DNA from: Planctomycetota bacterium | GTDB taxonomy: Bacteria > Planctomycetota > UBA1135 > UBA2386 | Reading direction: 5' to 3' | Length of the DNA stretch: 64,000 nucleotides | NCBI GenBank assembly: GCA_965223545.1 | Contig: OZ245006.1 | Coordinates: 2,368,001-2,432,000 of the forward strand | Translations under genes and position numbers: made by a program | The notes under the pieces: model-generated | What the model was told of the DNA's origin: nothing | What the model saw: the letters and a program-made list of their open reading frames with translations, nothing else | Database searches by the model: none | Shown here: positions 49,901 through 58,569 of the stretch, one piece after another | Layout: each line of letters starts with the position of its first letter | How positions within the stretch are numbered: the first letter of the stretch is position 1

Positions 49901-50449
49901 CTGCACCGCGCGCAGCTCGTGCAAGTCGAAGCCAGGCGTCGGCGCGCCCGCCTCGTCGACACTCTCCAGGGTGTACCAGAAGACCTGGCCAAGCGCGGTC
50001 GCGTCGGGCCCGAGCGTGGGATTGGCGCCGTCGGGCAGGGTGCCGGGCGGCAAGCTGGCGAGCTTCTCCAAGAGCCGGCTGCGCGCCCAATAGAAGTCGA
50101 CGTCGTCGTCGAAGATGACGTGCACCGACGAGAAACCGGACATCGACGTGCTGCGCACCGCGTGCACGCCGGGGACCCCGAGCAAGGCCGCGCCGAGCGG
50201 GTAGGTGATCTGGTCCTCGACATCCTGCGGCGAACGCCCGGGCCAATCGGTGAACACGATCTGCTGGTTCTCGCCGGTGTCGGGCAGCGCATCGACGGGC
50301 ACGGGGTCCCGCGGCAAGCCGATGCGCCAGTCGAACGGCGCCACCAGAACGCCCCAGAGGGCGACGACCACCAGCCCCAAGACCACGACCAGCTTGTAGT
50401 CGAGGCACCACGACGCCAAGCGCTCCAGCGCACCGGATGGCCTGCTCAT
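46898..50449 (-). CDS. cusA: Heavy-metal efflux RND permease, CusA/SilA type
   Basis: DALPDTGENQQIVFTDWPGRSPQDVEDQITYP, GPDATALGQV, AIAIGTMVD, FMPRLDEG, FGIATDDG, PMAIPTFGG. Confidence 0.92.
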   Translation of the reverse strand: MSRPSGALERLASWCLDYKLVVVLGLVVVALWGVLVAPFDWRIGLPRDPVPVDALPDTGENQQIVFTDWPGRSPQDVEDQITYPLGAALLGVPGVHAVRSTSMSGFSSVHVIFDDDVDFYWARSRLLEKLASLPPGTLPDGANPTLGPDATALGQVFWYTLESVDEAGAPTPGFDLHELRAVQDWHVRFALAGVEGVSEVSSVGGFVQEYQVDVDPDLLRTLGVTLEQVFEAVRRTNAEVGARTIEINQVEYLVRGLGYVESVEDIEHTVISVVDGVPVTVGQVATVHIGPALRRGALDRAGAEAVGGVVVVRYGANPLQVIDRVKAKIAEIEPGLPRRVLSDGTEVRVSIEPFYDRTRLIHETLDTLRTALTDQVLVTVIVVLVLVAHVGGSLLVSGVLPLAVLLCFVGMRYLGVDANVVALSGIAIAIGTMVDMGVVMVESILRHLRARPPSAPPRDAILAATAEVGGAVLTSVLTTVVSFLPVFAMQGEDGKLFRPLAQTKTLALVAAIAVTLIAVPPMARALLVGRGGRAPSERPGVGMRAVNAVLVVVVGVFLARHWQPLGPQSEIGNLLFTGVVLAAVLGAFALFHRCYEPVLRWCLAHKLVFSFLPLAAVGFGLLAWLGFDRVVRQPLQGLGVPADDTAWQLERRWFPGLKSEFMPRLDEGSFLLMPVTSDHASIGEAIDVLRRQDEAIAQIPEVEDVVGKIGRVESALDPAPVAMVETVITYKPEYGVDEDGEVRRQWRSHIRSPEDIWETIAAVASLPGTTAASMLQPIGTRQIMLQTGMRSPFGVVVSGPDLDSVERTAIAIEGVLKEVDGVKSNTVRAHRIRGKPYLEIDIDREAIARHGLTIGAVQRVIDVAVGGRHVTTVLDGRARYPVRVRYLRELRDSIESLEQVIVAAPGGAQLPLGQLARLRYTPGPQSIRSENTFLVTYVTFDKTDAVSEAEVVELAAARLDDEIAQGGLMVPAGVSYRFAGRYESQLRAEAVLRVVLPLALVVIFLLLYLHFRSTATSLLVFSGVLVAWAGGFVLLWLYSQPWFLDVEVFGVHLRELFGVKTVNMSVAVWVGFLALFGIATDDGVLLATYLRQRFAEGVNADVQSVRDAVVEAGKRRIRACLMTSATTVLALLPVLTSTGRGADVMVPMAIPTFGGMLMVLISVFVVPTLYCWGQERRLRRAVT

Positions 50450-50453
50450 CGGC

Positions 50454-52346
50454 TCAGCGCCCTCCTTCGCGCGGCGCTGGCCGACCGTGGTGCTCGCCCT
50501 CGATCATCCCGCAGCGCAGCATGGTGGCGCCGAAGTAGGGGTTGGCGATCACGTCTTCGGTCTGCAGCCAGGCCGCGCCGCGATCGTCGTAGGCCATCGG
50601 ACAGTAGACCTCGCGAAACACACCGGCGCCTTGGTGCCCGAACGAGTGCTCGAGCTGCAGCACCGCGACGGCCAGCGGACCGAACGCGATGCGCAAGGTC
50701 TCGATGTCCGCCTCGGGCTCCACTGCCGCGACCGAGCGCTCCAGCAGCTCGCGCAACCCGCGCCAATCGAGCTGCGCCGCCAGCGGCAACGTCGCCCCGT
50801 CGACCCCGTCCAGAGCCTCCTGCAGCCCGGCCCAAGCCCGGTGCGCGCCGTCGGCATCGTCGGCGGCGAGGGCGCGCTGGACCTCGAAGTAGCGCTCGAA
50901 CAGCGGCGTCACGCTGCGGCGGAACAGCATCGCTTCCGGCCCGAGCCACGCACCGTCCGCCGCCAACGCCATCATTCCCTGCTGGGTGCGGATCTGGAGC
51001 TCGCTGTCGAGCTTGAAGGCGCCGTTCGCGACCACGTGCTCGCCCTCCGCCAGACCGTCGAGCACGATGTAGACCTCACCGGCCCGCGGTCCCAACGAGA
51101 TCTCCCGCGCCACGTACCGGCGCTCGCTCGGGTTGTTGGCGGAGCGTTCGACGTAGACCACGGCGCGGCGGCCGGTGCGCAGCACCGCCGACGCCGGCAC
51201 GACGATCGGCCGGTGCTCGGGGCTGGCGTCGGCGACCAACCCCAGCTTCTCGGCCGGCACCAGCGGCATGCCGCACACGTCGCAGGATCCCGGGCCGTCC
51301 TTGACGACCTCGGGATGCATCGGACTGATCCACTTGCCCGCCAGCTCGGGCGCGATCACCGCGCCCGTATCGCTCAGCTGCGAGCGCACGATCGCCCGCG
51401 CGAACATCCCCGGCTTGAGGGTACCGTCCTCGTTGTCGAGCTGTACGCGCAGACGCACGGTGCGGGTCTTGGCATCGATCTCGGTGTCCACGTAGCTGAT
51501 CCAACCGCGGAACGCGCGGCCGGGGTGCGCATCGGTCTCGACCTCCACTTGCTGCCCGTAGCGAATCCACGGAACGTCGTACTCGTAGGCGTGCAGCATC
51601 AGCCACAGCTGATCGAGCTCGGCGATGGAATACAGCGTCGCGCCGGCGGCGACGTGATCGCCCTCACTGACCCGCTTCTGGGTCACGATGCCCGCGGCGG
51701 GAGAGTGCACCAAGACGCGGTCCTCGGCGGTGCCACGCTCCTCGATGGCGGCGATCTGCTCCTCGGTCAGCCCCATCAACCGCAGCTTCTCGCGCGCCGT
51801 CTGCAGGGCGAGCTCGCCATCCGGCAGCGCCATCGCCGACAAGAGCTCTTGCTGGGAGGTGAGCAGCTCTGGGCTGTAGATCTGCAGCAGGTGGTCGCCG
51901 CGCGCCACACGAATGCCGGTGTAGTCGACGAACTGGCGTTCGATCCATCCCGACACGCGCGCCGAGACCACCGAGCGCCGGGTTTCGTCGTAGTCGAGCT
52001 GCCCCACCAGCCGGACACTCTTGCTCACGGTCCGCCGCTCGACGGGAACGGTACGCACGTTGGTCATCCGGCGGCCACGCGGCGTGAGCAGCACTTCGTC
52101 GTCGGCCAACAGCTCCTGGTTGGGGTCGAGCTCGATCATGTCCATGCCACAATCGGGGCAGAGCGCGAAGTCCGGGCTGGTCAGCGCCGGGTGCATCGGG
52201 CAGTAGTAGAGGGTCTCCTCGGTGGTCTCTTCGTCGGGGACCGCGAGCGCTCCGCGCCACAGCCAACCGACGCCGAACGACAAGCCCATCAGCAGGAGGA
52301 TCGCGGGCATCCAGACCGACAACCGGCTTCGTGACTCACTCATCAC
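50454..52346 (-). CDS. cusB: CusB-type periplasmic adaptor with two heavy-metal-binding domains and a C-terminal DUF3347-like domain
   Basis: YYCPMHP..CPDCGM; YSPEL..QQE; LKPGMF; WISPMHP..CDVCGM; YCPMA...NPYFG.ML.CG. Confidence 0.88.
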   Translation of the reverse strand: MMSESRSRLSVWMPAILLLMGLSFGVGWLWRGALAVPDEETTEETLYYCPMHPALTSPDFALCPDCGMDMIELDPNQELLADDEVLLTPRGRRMTNVRTVPVERRTVSKSVRLVGQLDYDETRRSVVSARVSGWIERQFVDYTGIRVARGDHLLQIYSPELLTSQQELLSAMALPDGELALQTAREKLRLMGLTEEQIAAIEERGTAEDRVLVHSPAAGIVTQKRVSEGDHVAAGATLYSIAELDQLWLMLHAYEYDVPWIRYGQQVEVETDAHPGRAFRGWISYVDTEIDAKTRTVRLRVQLDNEDGTLKPGMFARAIVRSQLSDTGAVIAPELAGKWISPMHPEVVKDGPGSCDVCGMPLVPAEKLGLVADASPEHRPIVVPASAVLRTGRRAVVYVERSANNPSERRYVAREISLGPRAGEVYIVLDGLAEGEHVVANGAFKLDSELQIRTQQGMMALAADGAWLGPEAMLFRRSVTPLFERYFEVQRALAADDADGAHRAWAGLQEALDGVDGATLPLAAQLDWRGLRELLERSVAAVEPEADIETLRIAFGPLAVAVLQLEHSFGHQGAGVFREVYCPMAYDDRGAAWLQTEDVIANPYFGATMLRCGMIEGEHHGRPAPREGGR

Positions 52347-53712
52347 TGCTTCCTCCGCACAGGGCGTCGAGGTCGGCGCGCCCGATTTCGTAGTCGGCGC
52401 ACGCGCGCCAGTAGCTCTGCTCGAACGCCAGCACCGTGCGCTGGCTGTCCATCACTTCCAGGAAACTCGTCTGCCCACCGACGTAGGCCGATTGGGTCAC
52501 CGAGAGGGTCTGCCGGGCCCGCGGCAGTAGCTGATCGCGGTAGAGCGCCACCTGCCGCGCAGCGTCGTTGAGCGCGTAGACCGCCATCGCCAGCTCGCCG
52601 TCGAAGGTGTTGCGACGCTCGATCAACGAGCTGGTGGCGGCCTCCAAGTTGGACTGCGCTTCGGCCCGCGCCGCGGCGTAGCGCCCACGCCACACGGGGA
52701 GAGACATCTGCACGCGCAGCGCCCAGGGGTCGTTGCCGCTGTCGGGCGTGTTGGGGAGCAGTGCAGCACCGGTCTCCATCCAGTCGACGCCGACACTCAC
52801 TCCGGGCCAGCCGTGGTAGCTTGCCACGTCGACGCCGTGCTCTGCGGCACGCACCCTGGACCGCAGCGCGTGCAGCGTCGGGTTGTGCGCCAGCAGCGCG
52901 CGACGCCGCGGCTCGAACTCGACCGCCACGACCTCGGGCACTTCCAGCATCGGCCAGGGCAACACCGCGCCGCCATCGCGGTTGATCGCCGCCGCCAGCG
53001 CCGCACTGTGCACCGGTCGCAGCTCGCGCAGTCCGGCGAGGTGATCCTCCAGCTGCCCGATCTCGACTTCGAGCCGCAACAAGTCGGCCTGCGGGGCACC
53101 GGCCTGGATCCGCCGACGCACGACGTCCAGCAGTCCGCGCAAGAGCTCGAGGTTCTCTTCGTCCAGCTCGACCTGGCGGCGCAGGAAGGCGTACTCGAAG
53201 TAGGTCCGCCGCACTTCGCGTTCGATCGCCAACCGCCGCCCGATCACCTCCCACCAGGCGGCCTCGGCGCGCATGCGCGCGACGTCTTCTTCGGCCGACA
53301 GCCGGGCCGGCCACGCCAGCGGCTGCGTCAGGCCGAGCCGATGCCGCTGCGGACCGGTGCGGGTCTGCAGCTCTTCGACGAAGCCGGCGTAGGTCAGACT
53401 CGGCTCCGGCCACCACCCGGCGCCGGCCGCGCCATGCACCGCGGCGCGCCAGCGGTGGTAGGCCGCGCGCAAGCCCGCGTTGTCCAAGAATGCCGCGCGC
53501 AGGTAGCCCGCCAGATCGAGTGGATGGGCGTCCGATCGCGGCGGCGCCAAACGCTGGTCAGCGTCGCCGACCCGGGAGCGGCCGAACAGCTCCTCGCTGC
53601 GCTCGGCGACCCAGACGGGTTCTCGATAGCGGCACGAGGGCCCGAGGACAGAGCCCACGATGAGGGTGACCACAGCGGCGGACCGGCCGTGGAGATGAGG
53701 TTGGCAAGACAT
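52336..53712 (-). CDS. TolC-family outer-membrane efflux protein (CusC-like)
   Basis: NAGLRAA and HNPTL repeats, MSLPVW, Y.GG...FLEVMD; first gene of the RND operon. Confidence 0.85.
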   Translation of the reverse strand: MSCQPHLHGRSAAVVTLIVGSVLGPSCRYREPVWVAERSEELFGRSRVGDADQRLAPPRSDAHPLDLAGYLRAAFLDNAGLRAAYHRWRAAVHGAAGAGWWPEPSLTYAGFVEELQTRTGPQRHRLGLTQPLAWPARLSAEEDVARMRAEAAWWEVIGRRLAIEREVRRTYFEYAFLRRQVELDEENLELLRGLLDVVRRRIQAGAPQADLLRLEVEIGQLEDHLAGLRELRPVHSAALAAAINRDGGAVLPWPMLEVPEVVAVEFEPRRRALLAHNPTLHALRSRVRAAEHGVDVASYHGWPGVSVGVDWMETGAALLPNTPDSGNDPWALRVQMSLPVWRGRYAAARAEAQSNLEAATSSLIERRNTFDGELAMAVYALNDAARQVALYRDQLLPRARQTLSVTQSAYVGGQTSFLEVMDSQRTVLAFEQSYWRACADYEIGRADLDALCGGSSDE

Positions 53713-53730
53713 GACCGACGATCGAAGAAA

Positions 53731-53797
53731 CTGCGGAGACGGAGCCTCGGCACCCGCGAGCGACGGACGACCGCCGCGCGGGCGCAGCCATCCGCAG
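53731..53797 (-). promoter_or_regulatory. Long multi-segment mRNA stem-loop between the leader ORF and tolC
   Basis: Pairs 53731-37/53791-97, 53751-58/53777-84 and 53761-66/53771-76; the in-stem mismatches become G-U wobbles only on the minus (mRNA) strand; followed by UUUCUU. Confidence 0.55.
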
Positions 53798-53800
53798 CCC

Positions 53801-54211
53801 TCAGAGCGTCAGCACGCAGTAGCGCAGATAGAGCGGCGGCCCTGTCCGGGCCACGGGCCGCGGCGCCGCTGCCGCCGGTCCCGGCGGGCGCCTCCACGCC
53901 GGAACGGCGACCGGGTCCGGCAACGCGGTGCCGATCTCGTCGAGCGGCGCGCTCAACGGCTCCGGCGCCGGCGCCGGCGCGTCGTCGAGCGTGCACCCGC
54001 ACCCGGGCTCGCCCGGCAGCTCTGGGTCGCCCGCACCGCGCGGGTCAGCGGTGCCGCAGCACCGGTCGGCCCCACCCACGGCAGCGACCGACACGCAACA
54101 GCAGGCGTCCCGGTCGACCCCGGCTGCACAGCGCCCGGCCCGCGGCAGCACGAGCTGCAGCGCGAGCAACAGCGCGACGAACGCGCGCCAGCTGTGCAGA
54201 GACGACATCAT
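53801..54211 (-). CDS. Cys-rich exported leader protein with Pro-rich/RTGPP C-terminus (DUF2946-like layout)
   Basis: Signal-like FVALLLALQLVL; CCC, CC and CGC clusters; ends ARTGPPLYLRYCVLTL. Confidence 0.65.
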   Translation of the reverse strand: MMSSLHSWRAFVALLLALQLVLPRAGRCAAGVDRDACCCVSVAAVGGADRCCGTADPRGAGDPELPGEPGCGCTLDDAPAPAPEPLSAPLDEIGTALPDPVAVPAWRRPPGPAAAAPRPVARTGPPLYLRYCVLTL

Positions 54212-54325
54212 CGAAGGCCCTCTGGTCCGCATCCTGGGACACCCGCGGCGGCCGGTCAAGTCCCGCCAAACCGTGATATTGCTATCGGTCAGTGGCATCG
54301 CTATCTTGCCCGCCCCCCAGCGTGC

Positions 54326-54401
54326 GGGGATGTAGCTCAGTTGGTAGAGCGCAGCGTTCGCAATGCTGAGGTCAGGGGTTCGACTCCCCTCATCTCCACC
54401 A
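54326..54401 (+). tRNA. tRNA-Ala (anticodon CGC)
   Basis: 76 nt; acceptor GGGGATG/CATCTCC with G3:U70; D-arm TAGCTCAGTTGGTAGAGC; anticodon loop TTCGCAA; T-loop TTCGACT; encoded CCA. Confidence 0.97.
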
Positions 54402-54405
54402 CTGG

Positions 54406-54443
54406 GAACGGTCGCGGACGCGAGTCCGCGACCGTTCGATTTT
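54406..54443 (+). terminator. Terminator-like hairpin after tRNA-Ala
   Basis: Perfect 14-bp stem GAACGGTCGCGGAC/GTCCGCGACCGTTC, GCGA tetraloop, then GATTTT. Confidence 0.75.
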
Positions 54444-54798
54444 CAGGCACCGCGAGTTGCGCGCTCCGTGCCCGCATCCCCGCCCTGAACTCTCGCGACG
54501 CGCAGCTGGCGTTCGCCGAGCCGCACCGACAGCGTGCCCGGCTCCCCATCCCAAGACACCCGATCCAGCCAGGCCCGGCCCCGCGCATCGGTGCGGACTG
54601 CAGCAGTCGACGCTGGCTCCGCCGAGCACCACGACCGTGACACCCGCGCCGTTGGCGCACCTTTCACGAACGGAGGGTCACACACTCGTATCACAATCGA
54701 CGGGAGTGCGCCTGGCGGACGATCCGGTCGGACGAGCCGCGCTACGTTCGTACCCCTCGGGAACATCGTCCCGAGCCGACTCCCAGAGGTACGCACCC

Positions 54799-57700
54799 AT
54801 GATCTCGAGACACTCCGACCGTCGCCGGATCCACCGCCAACGCAGCTGCCACATCGACGTCGCGGCCGCACTGGCAACCCTCCTCGTGGCTGCAAGCAGC
54901 GCCGCGCAAACGCCGCTCACGGAGAGAGTCAGCCTGACCGAAAGCACAGCGGGTCCGGGCCAAGAACTCGTCAACGGGGCGGTCACTGGCACGGTGTCCG
55001 CCACCGGCCGGTACGTGCTGTTCGACGCCAACGACTTCCAACACCCATCGCTGACCCAGCCCTTCCAATTGAATGGGTACCTGCTCGACACGGTGACGGG
55101 GCGCACAGAGGTCTTGACCCTCACGACCTCTGGGTCGATGCCCTTCTCGGTCGGCGATCGCACCGGCTCGATTACCAGAGGTGGCACCTACGCCGCGTTC
55201 AACAGCACTACCAACGGCGTGGTTCCGGGGGTCCTGTCCTTCGGCGACGCAGCGTACCTGAGACTGCGGCCGACCCCGATGAACTCGCTGATCTCCGGAC
55301 CATCGACAGCGGGACACGCGATCGAGGGAGCCGACGTCCAGCTCTCGGGGAACGGCAAGTTCGCGGTCTTCGCGTCGAACTACCCCTTCACCTCAGCGGG
55401 CTCGAACAGCTTCTGGCAGATCTACCGCAAGGATCTGGAGACGGAGGCGGTCATCCTGCTCAGTCAATCCGGGGGAGGAGCTCTGGGGGACTTCATATCG
55501 TCCTCCCCCCAGATATCGGACGACGGCAACACCGTTGCTTTCTACTCGCTCTCCAGCAACCTCCACCCGCAAACCCAACCGGGCCAGCGCAACGTCTTCG
55601 CTTGGAGTGGTGGTTCGCTGACTCTGGTCACGAAGACGTCCACCGGCGCGCCGAGCTCGGGAATCGCAGCTCCACCCCGGATCTCCGGCGACGGGCGATG
55701 GGTCATCTTCGCCAGCGACGCGCAGGACATCGTTGTTCCGGACAACAACCCTGCTGCGGACGTCTTCTTGCACGATCTTCTGACTGGATCCTCCGAGATC
55801 GTCAGCGTCGACTCCCAGGGCATGCAGTCCGCGAGCGGAGGCGCATCGGGAATGGTCAGCGTGCCGCTCGGGAACGCCGAAGACGTGTCTTTCAACGGCC
55901 GCTACTGCGCCTTCCAGAGCGCGGCGAACGATCTCGTTCCGGTCGACAACAACCCGGGGACCGACGTGTTCCTCCGCGATCGATGGACCGGACAGACCTC
56001 GCTCGTCAGCGTCACTTGGAATGGACTCGGCGCGAACGGGGACTGCGTCACACCAACGGTCACGGACAGTGGTCGGGTCGCGTACGTCAGCAGCGCCACC
56101 AACCTGGTGCAGAACGACAACAACGGCAGCGCCGACGTTTTCCTGAGCTACCCCGGTTGGTCGCTGGAAGCTGTGGACGGTGCTTCCCAGGACGCCAACG
56201 AGGAGTTCATCTTCATGCAAGGGACACAGATCGCTGCGAACGCGACAACGCTCGCGACCGGTGGCACTCCCACACTCGCAGTAACGGCCGATGGGTCGGC
56301 CCGGATCCTGCTTCGCTTCACTGCCGACCAACCGGGCACGATCCAGGCGTCGGTCAGCACCCCGATCCACGAGCAGGGAAGCGTCGCGGACGCTCTCTCC
56401 ACGCCACCGCGGACCTTTGCTTCGACCGGCCCCATGACCCAGCTCGTGCAGACCAGCCAGGGATGGCAGGGGTTCGTGATCTACCGGGCACCCGATGACT
56501 TCAACCAACTCACGATCGGCAACCAAAACGACGTCCAGCGAACGGTCGAGGTGACGATCTTGCACTGGCCGCAGGGAGTCGCGATCCCGAACACGGTTCA
56601 AGCGGAGGTAGAGATCTTCCGGCCACCGCTGGTCCTGTGCCACGGTCTCTGGTCCAGCCCCAAGACCTGGACGGGGCCGTTCTCGGCGTGGGCCGCGGGG
56701 ACCGACCCCCGCTTCGTCACCGAGCTGGTCGACTACCGCGGCTCAGCGCACTCCACGTTCGAACACAACGCCCAATACGTTTCCCTCCACATCGAGAGAG
56801 CCCAGGACAAGATGCGAGCTCGTGGCGTCGCTTGCGCGAAAGTCGATTGGGTCGGACACAGCATGGGCGCGGTCCTGCCGCGCGTTGAGTACCGCTTGGC
56901 CCAGCGCGGGATCGGTAGACGGCTGTGGGACAGGCCGGACAACTACGGTGATGGCGACATCAACCGCATCATCATGCTCAACTCTCCGCAATGGGGTAGC
57001 CCACTCGCCAACCTGCTGTGGAGCATCCGCGGCCCCGCCCAAGGCCTCTTCAACATGCTGGGCAAGCCCATTGGTGGGGCGATTCGCGACCTGCAAGAAG
57101 GCAGCGAGCAGTTCATCAAGATGGGTACGACGGACATTCCCGCCCATTCGATCGTCTGTACGGGGGTCGAGGTGCCAATCGCCACCGTGCAGGGCATCTT
57201 CCGCGACCTGGCCCCGTGGGTGCCGGGAGCCTTCGGCAAGGTGTTCAAGGGCATCGACCATTTCGGCCAACTGGTCGCGAACACCGTCTTTCGATATCCG
57301 GTTGGCGGGCTCCGCGAGCACGATTTGATCGTCTTGTCCGAGAGCCAGGAAGCGGGTCTGTCCCCGCACACATCGCGGCTGATCGACAGCTCGTTCTCGT
57401 TCAACTCCCTGCACATGAACGTCACCGGCTGGGACATGGCGTACCAGCGAATCGACGACCTGCTCCACCTGCCAATCGCGGCCTCGTTCTCGAGCTCGAT
57501 CCCGGGCCCGAATCTGAATCCTCCGCGCCTCGCAGCACCACCACACAGCCGCCGCTCGACGTCATCGGCAACCGCAGGACCCGTTCAGGTCGACGATGTC
57601 GAGGTCATCGACCTCGCTGGGCACGCGAGCGTGCAGCCGAACCAGCAGCTCAACCTGGAGATCAGGGGGAAGAACGGCTTCGTGCCGATCGATACTGACT

Positions 57701-58548
57701 TGGTCACCGCGGAGTTCAGCAGCGAATCGTCAACGGCCCCGTTCACGTTCTCGGTCAACGTTCCGCTGACCGCGGTGGGCGACATCACGTTCTACGGGTT
57801 CGGCATCGACATGGCCAACAACCGCGCGGTGTCGCTGCCCCTGACGATCCCCGTCCAGGTGCCCGCGACTCTGCAGTCCATCGCCGCCACCACCTCTGCC
57901 GTCGACCTCTACCACCCCTTGCAAACCCATCAGCTGGCGGTCTTGGGCAGCTACTCCGACGGAGTGACGCGGGACATTACGCGCTCGGCAACAGGTACGG
58001 TGTACACGTCTTCCAACCTCGCCGTGGCCTCGGTCAGCACCGACGGTCTGATCACGGTTGCCGGGGAGGGTCAGGCCACCGTTACGGTCACCAACCCGGC
58101 CACCGCTGGCTCGCTCGTGATCCCGATCGACGTCACCTACGGTGCTCGACGCCGCTACGGCGCCGCGTCGGTCGGCAGCGGGAACTTCTACGCCCTTGCC
58201 AGCACTGGCGGCGAAGAGCCGACGATCGGCAACTCGAACTTCAAGATCGTCGTCGACGAGCTTCTCGGCGGAGCGCAAGGTTCGATCTTCCTCGGCACAG
58301 CACCCGCGAATGCCTTCGCCGCCGGCATCGAGCTACACGTCGACCTGGCGACCGCGGTCCCGGTCAACGTCGTGGCCACCGGCCCGGCCGGCACACCCGG
58401 CGTGGGAACGGCCACGTTGCCGCTCGCGCTCCCCCTCGATCCAACGCTGGTCGGGGTCAAGCTGTACTTCCAGGGAGTGTTCTTCGATGCCGGCGTTGCG
58501 GCTGGCCTTTCAGCTTCCAACGGACTGGTGATCACCATCCAGATGTGA
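54799..58548 (+). CDS. Large secreted protein: TolB-like beta-propeller, lipase/PGAP1-like alpha/beta hydrolase, Ig-like (Big_2) domain and C-terminal module
   Basis: Repeats ISGDGRWVIFASDA..DNN..DVF; LVLCHGLWS, VGHSMG, SPQWGSPLA, HDLIV; YSDG..RDIT...YTSSN..VASV...GLIT; start uncertain. Confidence 0.8.
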   Translation: MISRHSDRRRIHRQRSCHIDVAAALATLLVAASSAAQTPLTERVSLTESTAGPGQELVNGAVTGTVSATGRYVLFDANDFQHPSLTQPFQLNGYLLDTVTGRTEVLTLTTSGSMPFSVGDRTGSITRGGTYAAFNSTTNGVVPGVLSFGDAAYLRLRPTPMNSLISGPSTAGHAIEGADVQLSGNGKFAVFASNYPFTSAGSNSFWQIYRKDLETEAVILLSQSGGGALGDFISSSPQISDDGNTVAFYSLSSNLHPQTQPGQRNVFAWSGGSLTLVTKTSTGAPSSGIAAPPRISGDGRWVIFASDAQDIVVPDNNPAADVFLHDLLTGSSEIVSVDSQGMQSASGGASGMVSVPLGNAEDVSFNGRYCAFQSAANDLVPVDNNPGTDVFLRDRWTGQTSLVSVTWNGLGANGDCVTPTVTDSGRVAYVSSATNLVQNDNNGSADVFLSYPGWSLEAVDGASQDANEEFIFMQGTQIAANATTLATGGTPTLAVTADGSARILLRFTADQPGTIQASVSTPIHEQGSVADALSTPPRTFASTGPMTQLVQTSQGWQGFVIYRAPDDFNQLTIGNQNDVQRTVEVTILHWPQGVAIPNTVQAEVEIFRPPLVLCHGLWSSPKTWTGPFSAWAAGTDPRFVTELVDYRGSAHSTFEHNAQYVSLHIERAQDKMRARGVACAKVDWVGHSMGAVLPRVEYRLAQRGIGRRLWDRPDNYGDGDINRIIMLNSPQWGSPLANLLWSIRGPAQGLFNMLGKPIGGAIRDLQEGSEQFIKMGTTDIPAHSIVCTGVEVPIATVQGIFRDLAPWVPGAFGKVFKGIDHFGQLVANTVFRYPVGGLREHDLIVLSESQEAGLSPHTSRLIDSSFSFNSLHMNVTGWDMAYQRIDDLLHLPIAASFSSSIPGPNLNPPRLAAPPHSRRSTSSATAGPVQVDDVEVIDLAGHASVQPNQQLNLEIRGKNGFVPIDTDLVTAEFSSESSTAPFTFSVNVPLTAVGDITFYGFGIDMANNRAVSLPLTIPVQVPATLQSIAATTSAVDLYHPLQTHQLAVLGSYSDGVTRDITRSATGTVYTSSNLAVASVSTDGLITVAGEGQATVTVTNPATAGSLVIPIDVTYGARRRYGAASVGSGNFYALASTGGEEPTIGNSNFKIVVDELLGGAQGSIFLGTAPANAFAAGIELHVDLATAVPVNVVATGPAGTPGVGTATLPLALPLDPTLVGVKLYFQGVFFDAGVAAGLSASNGLVITIQM

Positions 58549-58569
58549 CCACCAAGAGGGCCGGGTAGG

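Noticed and set aside
46898..54401. Cus operon as a tRNA-integrated genomic island
   Set aside because: It lies on the 5' side of the tRNA, with no integrase or att duplication seen, and its composition looks like the host
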